Source: a virus
Lineage: Duplodnaviria > Caudoviricetes
Direction: 5' to 3' (one strand)
Virus record (IMG/VR): IMGVR_UViG_3300011724_000025
Span: 32,001 to 96,000 of that record
DNA: 64,000 nt
A program made the translations under genes and the position numbers. Shown piece after piece: positions 37,049 to 47,101 of this stretch. Under the pieces are notes generated by a model that saw nothing but the letters and a program-made list of their open reading frames with translations, was not told the origin of the DNA and made no database searches. The number at the start of each line of letters is the position of its first letter. Within the stretch, counting starts at the first letter, position 1.

Positions 37049-38152
37049 ATGACTCATGACGACATTTATGATATAATGATAGAAAATCTTACAAAAGAGT
37101 GGGAACTTTCTATGATTAATCAAATACCGAGAGAAAAATGGGAAATACCCCAATATTCAAAATCTGAAATTAACAAAGCAGGGAATACAGTTGCTAATCC
37201 AAATATATTTGCAGAAGAAAGACATGCGGCTTTAGAAGTACTTAATAATTGGAGATCTTCACATGCTTACCCCTTACAAGTGATATCTAGCAATTTAAGA
37301 TTACGTAATCAAAATGCAATTGTAGTTCAACGTCTTAAAAGACTGGAATCCATTATAGGAAAACTCGAAAGATTTCCAGATATGAATTTGTACAGAATGC
37401 AAGATCTTGGAGGTTGCAGGGTAATAGTAGATACTATTGAACAAGTGTATGATACTTTAAATAAATATAAAAACTCTCGTATTCGCCATATCTTAAAGCG
37501 AGAAAATGATTATATTCAAAATCCTAAAACATCAGGATATCGCTCTTATCATATGGTATATCAGTTTCAAAGCGATAAGAAGGAAACATATAATAAAAAT
37601 ATGCTTATCGAAATTCAATTCAGAACAAAACTACAACATATGTGGGCAACTGCCGTAGAAATGATGGGTATATACACAAAATCACAATTAAAAGCCAGCC
37701 TTGGAAATGAGGATATATTGAGGTTTTTCGTATTAGTATCATCTGTATTCGCAACCATGGAAAATACACCAGTAGCACCAAATACTTCAGATGATCTTTA
37801 TGAGCTTATTCTTGAGATAAAAGAAATTGATAATAGATTAAATATTGTATCAAGGCTAAGTGCGTTGTCTGTTGCTATTAATCACGTAAATAAAAATGCG
37901 AATCTAAAAAAGAACGGATACTATGTGTTACAGCTTAATTATGGCAAAAAATTATTAAGAGTTAACTCTTTTTCAAAAAGCCAGGTTGAACTTGCAACAT
38001 ATGTATATAACAAAATAGAAGGTTTAAACAATCCAGACTTAGATGTGGTTCTAGTATCGGCCACATCATTTGATGCCCTTAAAGCGGCATATCCAAATTA
38101 TTTTACTGATATATCAGGCTTTGTCGACATGATGAGGGTAATCTTAAAATAA
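37049..38152 (+). CDS. capRel: RelA/SpoT small alarmone synthetase, fused CapRel-like toxin-antitoxin
   Basis: YSKSEINKAG, WRSSHAYPL, QRLKR, MQDLGGCR, SGYRSYH, EIQFRT and C-terminal VVLVS...AYPNYF (YxxY switch motif); 367 aa. Confidence 0.8.
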   Translation: MTHDDIYDIMIENLTKEWELSMINQIPREKWEIPQYSKSEINKAGNTVANPNIFAEERHAALEVLNNWRSSHAYPLQVISSNLRLRNQNAIVVQRLKRLESIIGKLERFPDMNLYRMQDLGGCRVIVDTIEQVYDTLNKYKNSRIRHILKRENDYIQNPKTSGYRSYHMVYQFQSDKKETYNKNMLIEIQFRTKLQHMWATAVEMMGIYTKSQLKASLGNEDILRFFVLVSSVFATMENTPVAPNTSDDLYELILEIKEIDNRLNIVSRLSALSVAINHVNKNANLKKNGYYVLQLNYGKKLLRVNSFSKSQVELATYVYNKIEGLNNPDLDVVLVSATSFDALKAAYPNYFTDISGFVDMMRVILK

Positions 38153-38162
38153 TTAATAGATA

Positions 38163-38192
38163 ATAGGTAAGTAATATACTTACCTATTTTTT
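38163..38192 (+). terminator. Intrinsic terminator
   Basis: ATAGGTAAGTA-ATA-TACTTACCTAT followed by a T-tract. Confidence 0.75.
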
Positions 38193-38488
38193 ATTAATTA
38201 TTTTTCTCTCTCGCAATTAAACCACATCTCTCCCCTACTCTATCAAATCTAAAAGTAATCATTTTATTATTCCAACAAATGCAAATGCACATGAACAAAT
38301 ACCGCCTATACAATGGGGGTATTTTTACATTAAAACAGATAATCACATATTACACCACTACTCTCCTATTTAATGCTTCCGGTAAAATATCTCATCAATA
38401 ATCAAAGGAATCATTACAGAAATAGAGAATTAGATATCAGATACTTAATCACAATTTTGGAAAGCACCTAATAAGGAGGTATTTCACT

Positions 38489-38725
38489 ATGAAGTTTTAT
38501 ATCAGAGAGTTACCACAACAACAATATCATTATCAATCATCTGATCACTCTGTCTTACCAAAAAACACAGCTCCAAAGCCAGGTGATATGTGGCAGAGTC
38601 AATGGTCTGATTACCATATTGATAGAGTTACATACTCTAAAGATGGATTAGTCGTATTTGCCACTAAGGCTGGATTACAGAAATGTAGAAGTGATATCTG
38701 TTACAGAGTTAGGAAGAAATTATAA
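38489..38725 (+). CDS. Hypothetical protein
   Basis: AAGGAGGT RBS. Confidence 0.55.
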   Translation: MKFYIRELPQQQYHYQSSDHSVLPKNTAPKPGDMWQSQWSDYHIDRVTYSKDGLVVFATKAGLQKCRSDICYRVRKKL

Positions 38726-38885
38726 AAGGTAAGTAGAGAATAAATCATGTACCAAAATACACTTTTAATTGATACTAGCAAATAAATAAAAACAACAACC
38801 AAAACACGAATTTTAATTGCGAAGCAAATATTCTTCTCTTGATAATATGAGTCTATCTTGATATTGACCTACACAAATCCACACC

Positions 38886-38944
38886 TGGGAGGTACCCAAA
38901 TGAGGTTGGGTTTTACTTTTAGGTACATGTGGGAGGTACCCAAA
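38886..38944. repeat. Iteron-like direct repeats, candidate origin
   Basis: TGGGAGGTACCCAAA at 38886 and 38930 (44-bp period) with a partial AGGTAC at 38921. Confidence 0.55.
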
Positions 38945-39104
38945 CGCATTTTTCTTTAACACACTAAAGTGTATGGTTTGAAAATTGGATTCTAAAGAAA
39001 TGAAGTGAAATTGATTTTAAGTAGAGAATGATACAAATAAGGACAATCTTATCTGGACTGTCCGACAAGCAACTATTACATATTTTATAAGAAAGGACTT
39101 TACA

Positions 39105-40052
39105 TTGAAGAAATTAAAAATTGACCCTGAATTACGTGATCTATTACCACCTCTTACAAGCGATGAGTATAAGCAGCTTGAAAAAAACATTGTTGAAAAC
39201 GGTTTCGACATAAACTTTCCAATTATGGAGTGGCGTGGCTTTATCGTAGATGGACATAACCGTTACAACATTTGCAATAAGCACAATATCGATTTCATTT
39301 ACGGGACACTTGCGTATGAAACAAAAGAAGAAGTTATGGAATGGATGCTTGATATCCAGTTGGGGCGTAGGAACCTCTCACCTATACAAAGAATTGCTGT
39401 AACTGAAAAGTATCGTCCTATATATGAGAGACAGGCAAAAGAGAATCAATCCAGAGCGGTTTCAGAATCTAATAGAAACAGAGCAAATTCATATCCGTCA
39501 AATTTGACGGAATTGGATAATAATAATTTTAAAATACGAGAAAATGAAACAAATTCTAAATTGGCAAAAATTGCAGGTGTCAAGCCAACACTTTATAAGA
39601 TGGGCGCAAAAGTTCTTAGTTCTGATAATGAAGAAGTAAAAAAACGTGTTTTATCTGGTGAAACATCAATTAGCGCTGGATATAAAGAGTTAAATCAGAA
39701 AAAACAGGAAAATGAAAATAAGAATGGAGAAAGTAATTATACAACCACATCTATGTCGGATAACAGTTCACATATTAGTGATGAGGTAAAACAAATCTGC
39801 GCAGATTTAAAAACAGAAAAAACAAAAGAGTATCTTGATTCTGTGTGGGACTATGAGATTTCCGTTATTGAGTGCATGAATGCTGATTTTGACATGTATT
39901 TTGGAGGATTTAAAAGTATTTTACAAGAAATGGAGGGTCGAGTATCTAAGTCAGAATTAGACAAATGTATAACCAACGCCGAGAACATTGTGGAGAAAAT
40001 GTTATTAGCCATCGAAGAAGCAAAAAATATTAAATTAAAAATGGAGGACTAA
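39105..40052 (+). CDS. ParB-like N-terminal domain protein with HTH
   Basis: IDPELRDLLPPL, IVDGHNRY and QLGRRNL motifs. Confidence 0.75.
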   Translation: MKKLKIDPELRDLLPPLTSDEYKQLEKNIVENGFDINFPIMEWRGFIVDGHNRYNICNKHNIDFIYGTLAYETKEEVMEWMLDIQLGRRNLSPIQRIAVTEKYRPIYERQAKENQSRAVSESNRNRANSYPSNLTELDNNNFKIRENETNSKLAKIAGVKPTLYKMGAKVLSSDNEEVKKRVLSGETSISAGYKELNQKKQENENKNGESNYTTTSMSDNSSHISDEVKQICADLKTEKTKEYLDSVWDYEISVIECMNADFDMYFGGFKSILQEMEGRVSKSELDKCITNAENIVEKMLLAIEEAKNIKLKMED

Positions 40053-40054
40053 AA

Positions 40055-40864
40055 ATGTTAATTAAAAAAGAGTACAAAAATATTCCAATTGATGATCTTG
40101 AGTCTATGTCTGATTATCAAAGGCCTCTTGATATGACTTTTATCGAAGAAAAAAGCAAACCAGGAAACTTTGATAAAGACGCTGTTGAGTGTCCTAAAAT
40201 AAGCGTGAGAAACGATGGAATTAAAAAAATGGGGGACGGACAGCATACAGTTGCTATAGTACGACGTGTTGGTTGGAAGTCTATACGTTGCGAATTAAGA
40301 TATGGATTAACAATTAAAGAAGAAAATGATTGGTTTGCTCAGGAAAATACTAAACGTAGACCACAAAATAGCAAGAGAATCTTAACAGCGCAGATCAATG
40401 GTACATATGAAAAAAATAAAGATGAACAAGATTTTTATGAATGTCTTAAATCTTTAGGATATAAATTAAATATTTACGGTGAAGAGACTGGAAGTGATTT
40501 TAAAATCAATTGCTCAGCTTCATTGCTGTCATTATATAAAGATTATGTTAAACAAGATAAGAAAGATAAATTTGTAGAATGTATGGATATACATAAAACT
40601 TGTTTTAAGGGAAATCCAATATCTTTACAATGGAGTTTCTTACGAGGGATGTTTGATTTTTATGAAATATATTCCGAAAGCTTCGATAAAAGTAGATTTG
40701 TTTCTAAACTAATTGAATGGGACTCATCAGATATAAGAAAAGATGCGGAAAAAGATACATATACAGACAAGATGTCAACAAGATATGCTAGGGTTTTTGT
40801 TTCAAAATACAACGCAAGTCTTGCAAAAAACAAACGCCTAAAAATGAGTAAACTTGAAGATTAG
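40055..40864 (+). CDS. ParB-like (DUF6551-type) protein
   Basis: DYQR and DGQHT motifs. Confidence 0.65.
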   Translation: MLIKKEYKNIPIDDLESMSDYQRPLDMTFIEEKSKPGNFDKDAVECPKISVRNDGIKKMGDGQHTVAIVRRVGWKSIRCELRYGLTIKEENDWFAQENTKRRPQNSKRILTAQINGTYEKNKDEQDFYECLKSLGYKLNIYGEETGSDFKINCSASLLSLYKDYVKQDKKDKFVECMDIHKTCFKGNPISLQWSFLRGMFDFYEIYSESFDKSRFVSKLIEWDSSDIRKDAEKDTYTDKMSTRYARVFVSKYNASLAKNKRLKMSKLED

Positions 40865-40879
40865 GTGAGGTGACACGTC

Positions 40880-41659
40880 TTGCCTAACTATGTAAAGATC
40901 CCAAGAGAAATAATATACAACAAGGATTTATCTGATAAACGAGTGATTATCTTTTCATATTTATGTGCAAGGCGATCTTTAGATGACACGGTGGCGTTCA
41001 GTACAACTGAATTATGCCACTGGTCACATCTAAAACCCAACTATAGAGATGGAAAGATTAATCAAAAGAATTATGAAGTTTTAGAAATGCTCTCTCATTC
41101 CGGCTATTTCGTCAATTTCCCAGACTTTGAAAAACTGAAAATTGAGAAGAAGAATTCAAATGAGTATCAGTTAATCAACATTGATATATCAAAGTTTGAT
41201 GTACCTGATAATTTTGGGATTATATATTTTGATGAATTGGACAAGATTTTGGATTTCAAAGGAGAATTAAAAGATAGTGGTATTGATTTATCCAGAATGT
41301 CATCGGCTTATATCCTCCTACTACTATCCTACCTACGTGTGAACATGAACCGCCACGAGGACAAACCACTATGCTGCTATCGCCATTACAAGAAAATATC
41401 AGATGATATCGGACTATCTGAGCGATACATCGGAAGAATTGTGGAAATATTAGAGTCTTTGAAAATTATAAAATGCGTAGAAGTGAAGAGAAATAGGTAT
41501 GAGAAAGACGATGGAAGTTATGGATTTATCACCGGCCCAAAAGTATTTGCGGATTACAGACGTTTTGTAAAAGATGAAAACGGAAACGTAAGATTAGATA
41601 AAAATTATGACCATATGTCAGAAATTACAAAGCAGTTAGAAATATTAAATGGAGCATAG
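40880..41659 (+). CDS. Winged-HTH protein, possible replication initiator
   Basis: YVKIPREII..DLS..VIIFSYL; KISDDIGLSERYI. Confidence 0.5.
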   Translation: MPNYVKIPREIIYNKDLSDKRVIIFSYLCARRSLDDTVAFSTTELCHWSHLKPNYRDGKINQKNYEVLEMLSHSGYFVNFPDFEKLKIEKKNSNEYQLINIDISKFDVPDNFGIIYFDELDKILDFKGELKDSGIDLSRMSSAYILLLLSYLRVNMNRHEDKPLCCYRHYKKISDDIGLSERYIGRIVEILESLKIIKCVEVKRNRYEKDDGSYGFITGPKVFADYRRFVKDENGNVRLDKNYDHMSEITKQLEILNGA

Positions 41660-41773
41660 GGTAACAGAGAATAAATACGTGTAACCAAACAATCAATGGC
41701 TCACCAGAAAGGCGGTCAATGATGCGAGAAATAATCACAAAAATTGAATATGAGAAGGAGAATTACAAATTAC

Positions 41774-42355
41774 ATGACAGGAACAAATACATATGCAAAC
41801 AGAAAACATAGAACTTATGGAGGTGAAATTTCACTAGAAGATTTTAACACTACTCTCCCTAATAAAAAGAGAATTAATAACCAGATTAATGCCGATAATT
41901 TGCATTCATCACTAGAAAATAAGAAAGTTAAAAATATTGAGGAGAGAAAGTATAAAAATATGACACTTGAAGAATTAAGAGAAATGAAAATTGTATCAAA
42001 TACAAATGGACGCCCATCTTCTACTTTAACAGATGAAAAATGGCAAAAGGAATTTAATGTTAGAAAATTATTTAATCAAGAATATTCAAAAGAGGTAAAG
42101 AAACTTGGCGGCAAAGGTTCAAAAGAATCAGGCTTGTGGAACGAAGAAACAAAGGGGGATTACCATGGTTGTACTAATTGGCAGCAATATTGTGCTTTCA
42201 TAAATGATGTATTGAGTAATATTCGTTCCGGGCAGGTTGACTATTGTTATTACATATATCAAATTATGGATCTTGCAAAGTTTTACTTTGGTAAAGAACA
42301 GTTGAAGACCAAGTATCGTGATGGATATTGGGAAGTGTGGTTAGAGAATGCGTAA
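41774..42355 (+). CDS. Hypothetical protein
   Basis: AAGGAG RBS; second internal RBS before MTLEE. Confidence 0.6.
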   Translation: MTGTNTYANRKHRTYGGEISLEDFNTTLPNKKRINNQINADNLHSSLENKKVKNIEERKYKNMTLEELREMKIVSNTNGRPSSTLTDEKWQKEFNVRKLFNQEYSKEVKKLGGKGSKESGLWNEETKGDYHGCTNWQQYCAFINDVLSNIRSGQVDYCYYIYQIMDLAKFYFGKEQLKTKYRDGYWEVWLENA

Positions 42356-42538
42356 AATCAACGGCAAAAGGAGAAAATATCAAGCTAGTAAAACTACATA
42401 GAATCTGTTTTAATCTTAAAATTTCAATAACTACCATTGTACAGAAAATTTCACTACATTCAATGGAGAAATACTTACTTAACAAACATGTATTTAAAAA
42501 TTCAATATTAATCAATAAATAGAAAGGAAGACAAAAAT

Positions 42539-42898
42539 ATGCTTAGATACGAAACAGAGGCAAATGTAACAGTTTCAATTGATTTACAGAATGGTTATTC
42601 AGTCATTGCAATGGCGAGGTGGGATAACGAGAAAAAGAAATACTACACCACTCTTCTACTACATGAAAATACTGTGAGTAAGTGGGATTTGATTGAAGAG
42701 GCAGCAAACGTAGAAATCGAGTCGGATATGAAGACAATCAAAAGGGATATGGCTCAGTATGTAACTGATCTTCTTACAGATGGATTCTTTAAGAAATACA
42801 TAGACAGATATGAATATGAGCTGAAATGCTTCGATAGGGGTTTCGAAGTTTTAGCAAGAGAAAGACTAGTTGTTAACGATATGGAGGTGAAATCATGA
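42539..42898 (+). CDS. Hypothetical protein
   Basis: AAAGGAAG RBS. Confidence 0.7.
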   Translation: MLRYETEANVTVSIDLQNGYSVIAMARWDNEKKKYYTTLLLHENTVSKWDLIEEAANVEIESDMKTIKRDMAQYVTDLLTDGFFKKYIDRYEYELKCFDRGFEVLARERLVVNDMEVKS

Positions 42899-43185
42899 GT
42901 AAATGGGCAATTAGATTTGCAAAGAGACTGATTGGAAAATATGAACCTGGTTATGAGTATTTGGTGAAACTAAGTGATATACATATTACGCCACAGTTTA
43001 GGCGGTCGATAATTAAACCGGCTAAATATAAAAGAAAATGGCAGTTCTACCATAGAAACGGATATTGCGAAAGCAGAATCGCGCTGAATAAGGATTTTGT
43101 GCTTGTCGATGGACTAAGTAGTTATCGGATATATAGAGCAGCTGAAGGGATTGATTGTAAGGTTCCAGTGTGGTTTGTGGATTAA
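42895..43185 (+). CDS. Small ParB-like hypothetical protein
   Basis: VKLSDIHI and LVDG..SY motifs. Confidence 0.55.
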   Translation: MSKWAIRFAKRLIGKYEPGYEYLVKLSDIHITPQFRRSIIKPAKYKRKWQFYHRNGYCESRIALNKDFVLVDGLSSYRIYRAAEGIDCKVPVWFVD

Positions 43186-43244
43186 TAATAGATAGAACTC
43201 AAGTAATGGATACAAGAACGTTTTTAAGATAGGGGTGAGGTGCA

Positions 43245-45869
43245 ATCAATAATGCTCAATATACGCTTGTAAAAATACCAATCAGTATACTAATAAAGCA
43301 GGATTTCAATGTTTCTATTGATAAAAAGGCTGAAATTGAAAACGAGTACTTAATAGAACAAGGTGATTCACTATTGTTTGACCAAATAGAAAAGCTACGC
43401 GGTAGAAAATCTACACATATAAGTGAAATAATCCTTATGGTTGCCAAAAAAAATCCAAAGCACGAGTCGGCCTTACGGCAAATATTAGATACTGGATTTA
43501 CATATAATGGTGTTCACTATACTCGCTTTGGTAAATCGGCATCTCAGGGGAAGGACGGAATAACAGCTTTTGTTTGCGATGAGATATTTGATGAACTATA
43601 TATAATAACCCAGATGGACATTGAGATTACTGAATGTGTCATTTCTAAATATGAATCACAAAGATGTTTATTATTCAGCTCATGCACATTGATCAAAGAT
43701 TATATGCCACGAATTATAATAGTTGATGAGTACGAAAAGATAATCAAACATCAGTGGATTAAGTATGTAGTAGAAAAAGAAAAAGAGTTTGTGGATAAAG
43801 AAACTGGAAAAATAAAGAAATATAATTCCAGAGAAATTGAGGAAGGTTATCGAGATATTAAAATTTCTCCTTTTGACGGAAGTGGTTGCCATGAAAAAGA
43901 ATTTGTGGAAAAAGTAAGCTCACAGATAGGTCTTGATTATGACGCAATCGGTTCACAAGTACGAATTCCACTCATGAAAGGCTATTCAGTATATGTTCCA
44001 TTTAGAGACATTTTTAGAGAGTGGGGATATGAATACATAACCGATATATATGGTAAGCGGCATCATATAGACGATGTAGATTGTATCTGGAATACATCTA
44101 TGTTTAAAGGCCACAAAATTTTCAAAGAAAAATATGGCAACGAGGCATGGACTGAATACATGAAAACAGTTAACAAATATGGTTTTAGCCTTGGTATAAG
44201 CAAATACAGTCATCATGTTAAACACTTAAACAAATATACACGCATGAACTTTCAGTATTTGCAGTGCCTGGATCTGTGGAATAAGAAATACGTAGATTAT
44301 TATAACAGTGGGACTGATGGTGTTTATGATGTTCTCGATAATAGCAATGATGGTAAAATAATTAAATTGGCAAGATATACGACAGAACTATTTGAAAAAA
44401 TAATTAAAGGTGACAAGTTTTATACCTATAAATTCATGGGTATAAACAACACTGAATATTATGAACCAGAAAGCAAATATCTAGAAGCTGCTATGATAAA
44501 TGATGTTATGTTAAAAGATCCTGCCGTCAAGCAATTTATATATCGCAAGCTAAAGAAGTCTATTGATGAGATGAAGGTTGGAAAAATATATTGCTCTGGA
44601 TTTTATCATACCGGTGTTGGCGATATGTACGGGTATTTACAATATGTTGTTGGTAAGGAGCCGGTGGGCTGCTTAGGAGAAAGAGAATTATATAGTGGGA
44701 ACTTTAATATCGGAGATTGTGTGTCATTTAGATCACCATTGGTTGACCCATCAGAGGTAAATAAGGTTAAAATTGTTCAGAACGAAATCACATCAAAATG
44801 GTTTAGCCATTTTAAAGACCAGGATGTTGTGATGTTCAATATGAATGATATCTCTCTGCCACAACAGGGGGGTGCCGATACGGATGGGGATATTTTCCTG
44901 TTGAGCGAAGATAAAATCCTCGTATCCTCTAAAATTGAAAAGCCGATAATATTAGATATAGAGGATAAAGTGACTGCAAAAGCAAAACCATATACAAAGG
45001 AAAATATCATCGAATATGAGGTTATGACAAGAGATAATCGTATTGGGGAAATAACTAACGTCGCCACAAGTATTGAAAACAGATATGCAGTAAATGATGA
45101 CATCAAGAAGTTATATTCAGACTATTCTTCTCTTTTAAGAGTGTTCCAGGGTAAAGAGATTGATTTTATCAAAACCGGATTTAGGTGGCATATGAATAGT
45201 GGACTGCGAAAGTATATGAAGCAATTACCATATTTTCTACTCTTTAATTATCCTAAAAAAATGAAAACCTTTTTTTCATTGCGTGAAAAAAATAAAGGTA
45301 TAGAAAAATCAGAAGACAAGGTAAAGCTAAATGCATACTTCTCTCCTTCCCCCATGAATGAGTTATGTGATTATATTTGCACGTGGGAAAAGAAAAGAGT
45401 TTTATGGGACAATGACATTAATAATTTAGTTGATACAAGATGTTTGATTATAGATAATGATTTAGATCTATCCAACAAAAGGGTGATGAGGATATGCAGG
45501 AGATACATTAATGATTATGCGAGCGAAATCAGGAAGCATTTAAATGTAAGAGATAACTCGGCTGGTAAACATGATAGTTTTCCAATGGGTCTTCTGATTG
45601 ATGAGTTTAAATCAAGAATCACCAAAGATTTAAACATGGACGAAAATTTAATTGCTAATTACATAATTAAGGTATCTTATAGTAGTCTTTCTATTAGCAA
45701 GTCGCTAGCTTGGTCTGCATATGGGGAATATATTATTCAAAATCTTAAGAATAATACAAATCCTAAAAGAAACATTTCCATAAAAGAAGTTCCTTATAAA
45801 ACAAACGATTCATATGAATATCTAGGTAAATTTTATGAGTTTGAGGTGGGTGATACATATATACGATAG
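43245..45869 (+). CDS. yonO: YonO-like single-subunit DNA-dependent RNA polymerase (RdRP-like fold)
   Basis: GGADTDGD (DxDGD) catalytic motif, FRSP, FDGSG and RIGEITN; ~870 aa; open frame extends 43 codons upstream of the track's TTG to an ATC after a strong SD. Confidence 0.8.
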   Translation: MNNAQYTLVKIPISILIKQDFNVSIDKKAEIENEYLIEQGDSLLFDQIEKLRGRKSTHISEIILMVAKKNPKHESALRQILDTGFTYNGVHYTRFGKSASQGKDGITAFVCDEIFDELYIITQMDIEITECVISKYESQRCLLFSSCTLIKDYMPRIIIVDEYEKIIKHQWIKYVVEKEKEFVDKETGKIKKYNSREIEEGYRDIKISPFDGSGCHEKEFVEKVSSQIGLDYDAIGSQVRIPLMKGYSVYVPFRDIFREWGYEYITDIYGKRHHIDDVDCIWNTSMFKGHKIFKEKYGNEAWTEYMKTVNKYGFSLGISKYSHHVKHLNKYTRMNFQYLQCLDLWNKKYVDYYNSGTDGVYDVLDNSNDGKIIKLARYTTELFEKIIKGDKFYTYKFMGINNTEYYEPESKYLEAAMINDVMLKDPAVKQFIYRKLKKSIDEMKVGKIYCSGFYHTGVGDMYGYLQYVVGKEPVGCLGERELYSGNFNIGDCVSFRSPLVDPSEVNKVKIVQNEITSKWFSHFKDQDVVMFNMNDISLPQQGGADTDGDIFLLSEDKILVSSKIEKPIILDIEDKVTAKAKPYTKENIIEYEVMTRDNRIGEITNVATSIENRYAVNDDIKKLYSDYSSLLRVFQGKEIDFIKTGFRWHMNSGLRKYMKQLPYFLLFNYPKKMKTFFSLREKNKGIEKSEDKVKLNAYFSPSPMNELCDYICTWEKKRVLWDNDINNLVDTRCLIIDNDLDLSNKRVMRICRRYINDYASEIRKHLNVRDNSAGKHDSFPMGLLIDEFKSRITKDLNMDENLIANYIIKVSYSSLSISKSLAWSAYGEYIIQNLKNNTNPKRNISIKEVPYKTNDSYEYLGKFYEFEVGDTYIR

Positions 45870-46731
45870 TAATGAAACATATTTGTACGAAATAATTGAG
45901 GACTATAAGGAGGCTGGGTCAGAAGAAGAAAAGGACAAAATATTCAAAACGTTCTGCTCTTCTATCTGGTCTTCCAATAATAAAAGACGCATTTACACAA
46001 AATCAATAAAGTTTAATGTAAGAAAAGATTTATTGGAAACAGGTTTGGGACAAGTATTTAACGCTTGGTCAAGCGTAGAATATAAATACTATAAATCAAT
46101 GACAAAAGATGAAAATTGGTGTTCTATCATTAGGCAAAAAATAAATAATATCTATACCAGATATTTTGATAAAGAGATTATTCTGTCAAAAGAATATATG
46201 GATTTATTGAAAACACCAAAGAAATTGTATTATCAATGGATTGGCGGAAATGAATTTGAGGTATTATGTGTGACAGATATAATAGACAATTCAATTCAAG
46301 ACTCTATCGTAGTCAAAGAAAAATTTCAAAAACAAAAGATGGAATTGTCGTGGGAAAGTTATAAAGTATTGATTGAAGGATTCTTACGAAGATGTTTTAA
46401 TAACTGTAAACTCATAGGCGAATACGAAGATAAAACGAGATTGTTAAGTAGATTTGATTTTCTAACTGAAGATAATTTTTATGTTAGATACATAAACAGA
46501 AGCCTCGATGGAGAAATCAGGAAATATCAAAAACGTAAATATGGATTGCCACAAAGTTCAAGAAAGGGCTATAAACGTTGTAATGTATGTGGGGATATTT
46601 TTGAAATACATAATAAGCACGATTTCACAACAAAGTATTGCGAAAAATGCAAAAATGAAGTTGTCCGATACCAAACGAAAATCAGAGTACAGAAATATAG
46701 AAAAGTAAATGTAACGGAAGCCAAAACTTAA
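45835..46731 (+). CDS. Hypothetical protein with C-terminal Zn finger, possible RNAP accessory/sigma-like factor
   Basis: Overlaps the RNAP stop; CNVC...CEKC. Confidence 0.65.
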   Translation: MSLRWVIHIYDSNETYLYEIIEDYKEAGSEEEKDKIFKTFCSSIWSSNNKRRIYTKSIKFNVRKDLLETGLGQVFNAWSSVEYKYYKSMTKDENWCSIIRQKINNIYTRYFDKEIILSKEYMDLLKTPKKLYYQWIGGNEFEVLCVTDIIDNSIQDSIVVKEKFQKQKMELSWESYKVLIEGFLRRCFNNCKLIGEYEDKTRLLSRFDFLTEDNFYVRYINRSLDGEIRKYQKRKYGLPQSSRKGYKRCNVCGDIFEIHNKHDFTTKYCEKCKNEVVRYQTKIRVQKYRKVNVTEAKT

Positions 46732-47026
46732 CTTTTTATTGTATCTAAGCCATTTATAGGCATTTTTATGTATGTATATATCAGGTATGGAAACACGAGC
46801 AATTACTTCGGTAAGCAGTTCGGTGAATAATTCAAAAAAGCTTGTATTTAACCAGTTATATATCATTGCTAATTTTTAAAAACTTATATTTTAAGTTAAT
46901 TTCACGTCACATTTGAAGAAATATTCCTTTATTATCAATGTTTCTCCGAACTTAGTCAGTTCATTCTTTTCCTTTCATGCCAATGGCAGCATTACAACTC
47001 TGATGGTGTTGTCATTGGTATATTCT

Positions 47027-47101
47027 AGGTGTATAGCTCAGTCTGGTTAGAGCGGCGGCCTTATGAGCCGTGTGCCGATAGTTCAAATCTACCTACACCT
47101 A
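47027..47101 (+). tRNA. tRNA-Ile(UAU)
   Basis: AGGTGTA/TACACCT acceptor, GCTC/GAGC D-stem, GCGGC-CTTATGA-GCCGT anticodon arm, GATAG-TTCAAAT-CTACC T-arm (one mismatch); no encoded CCA. Confidence 0.85.
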
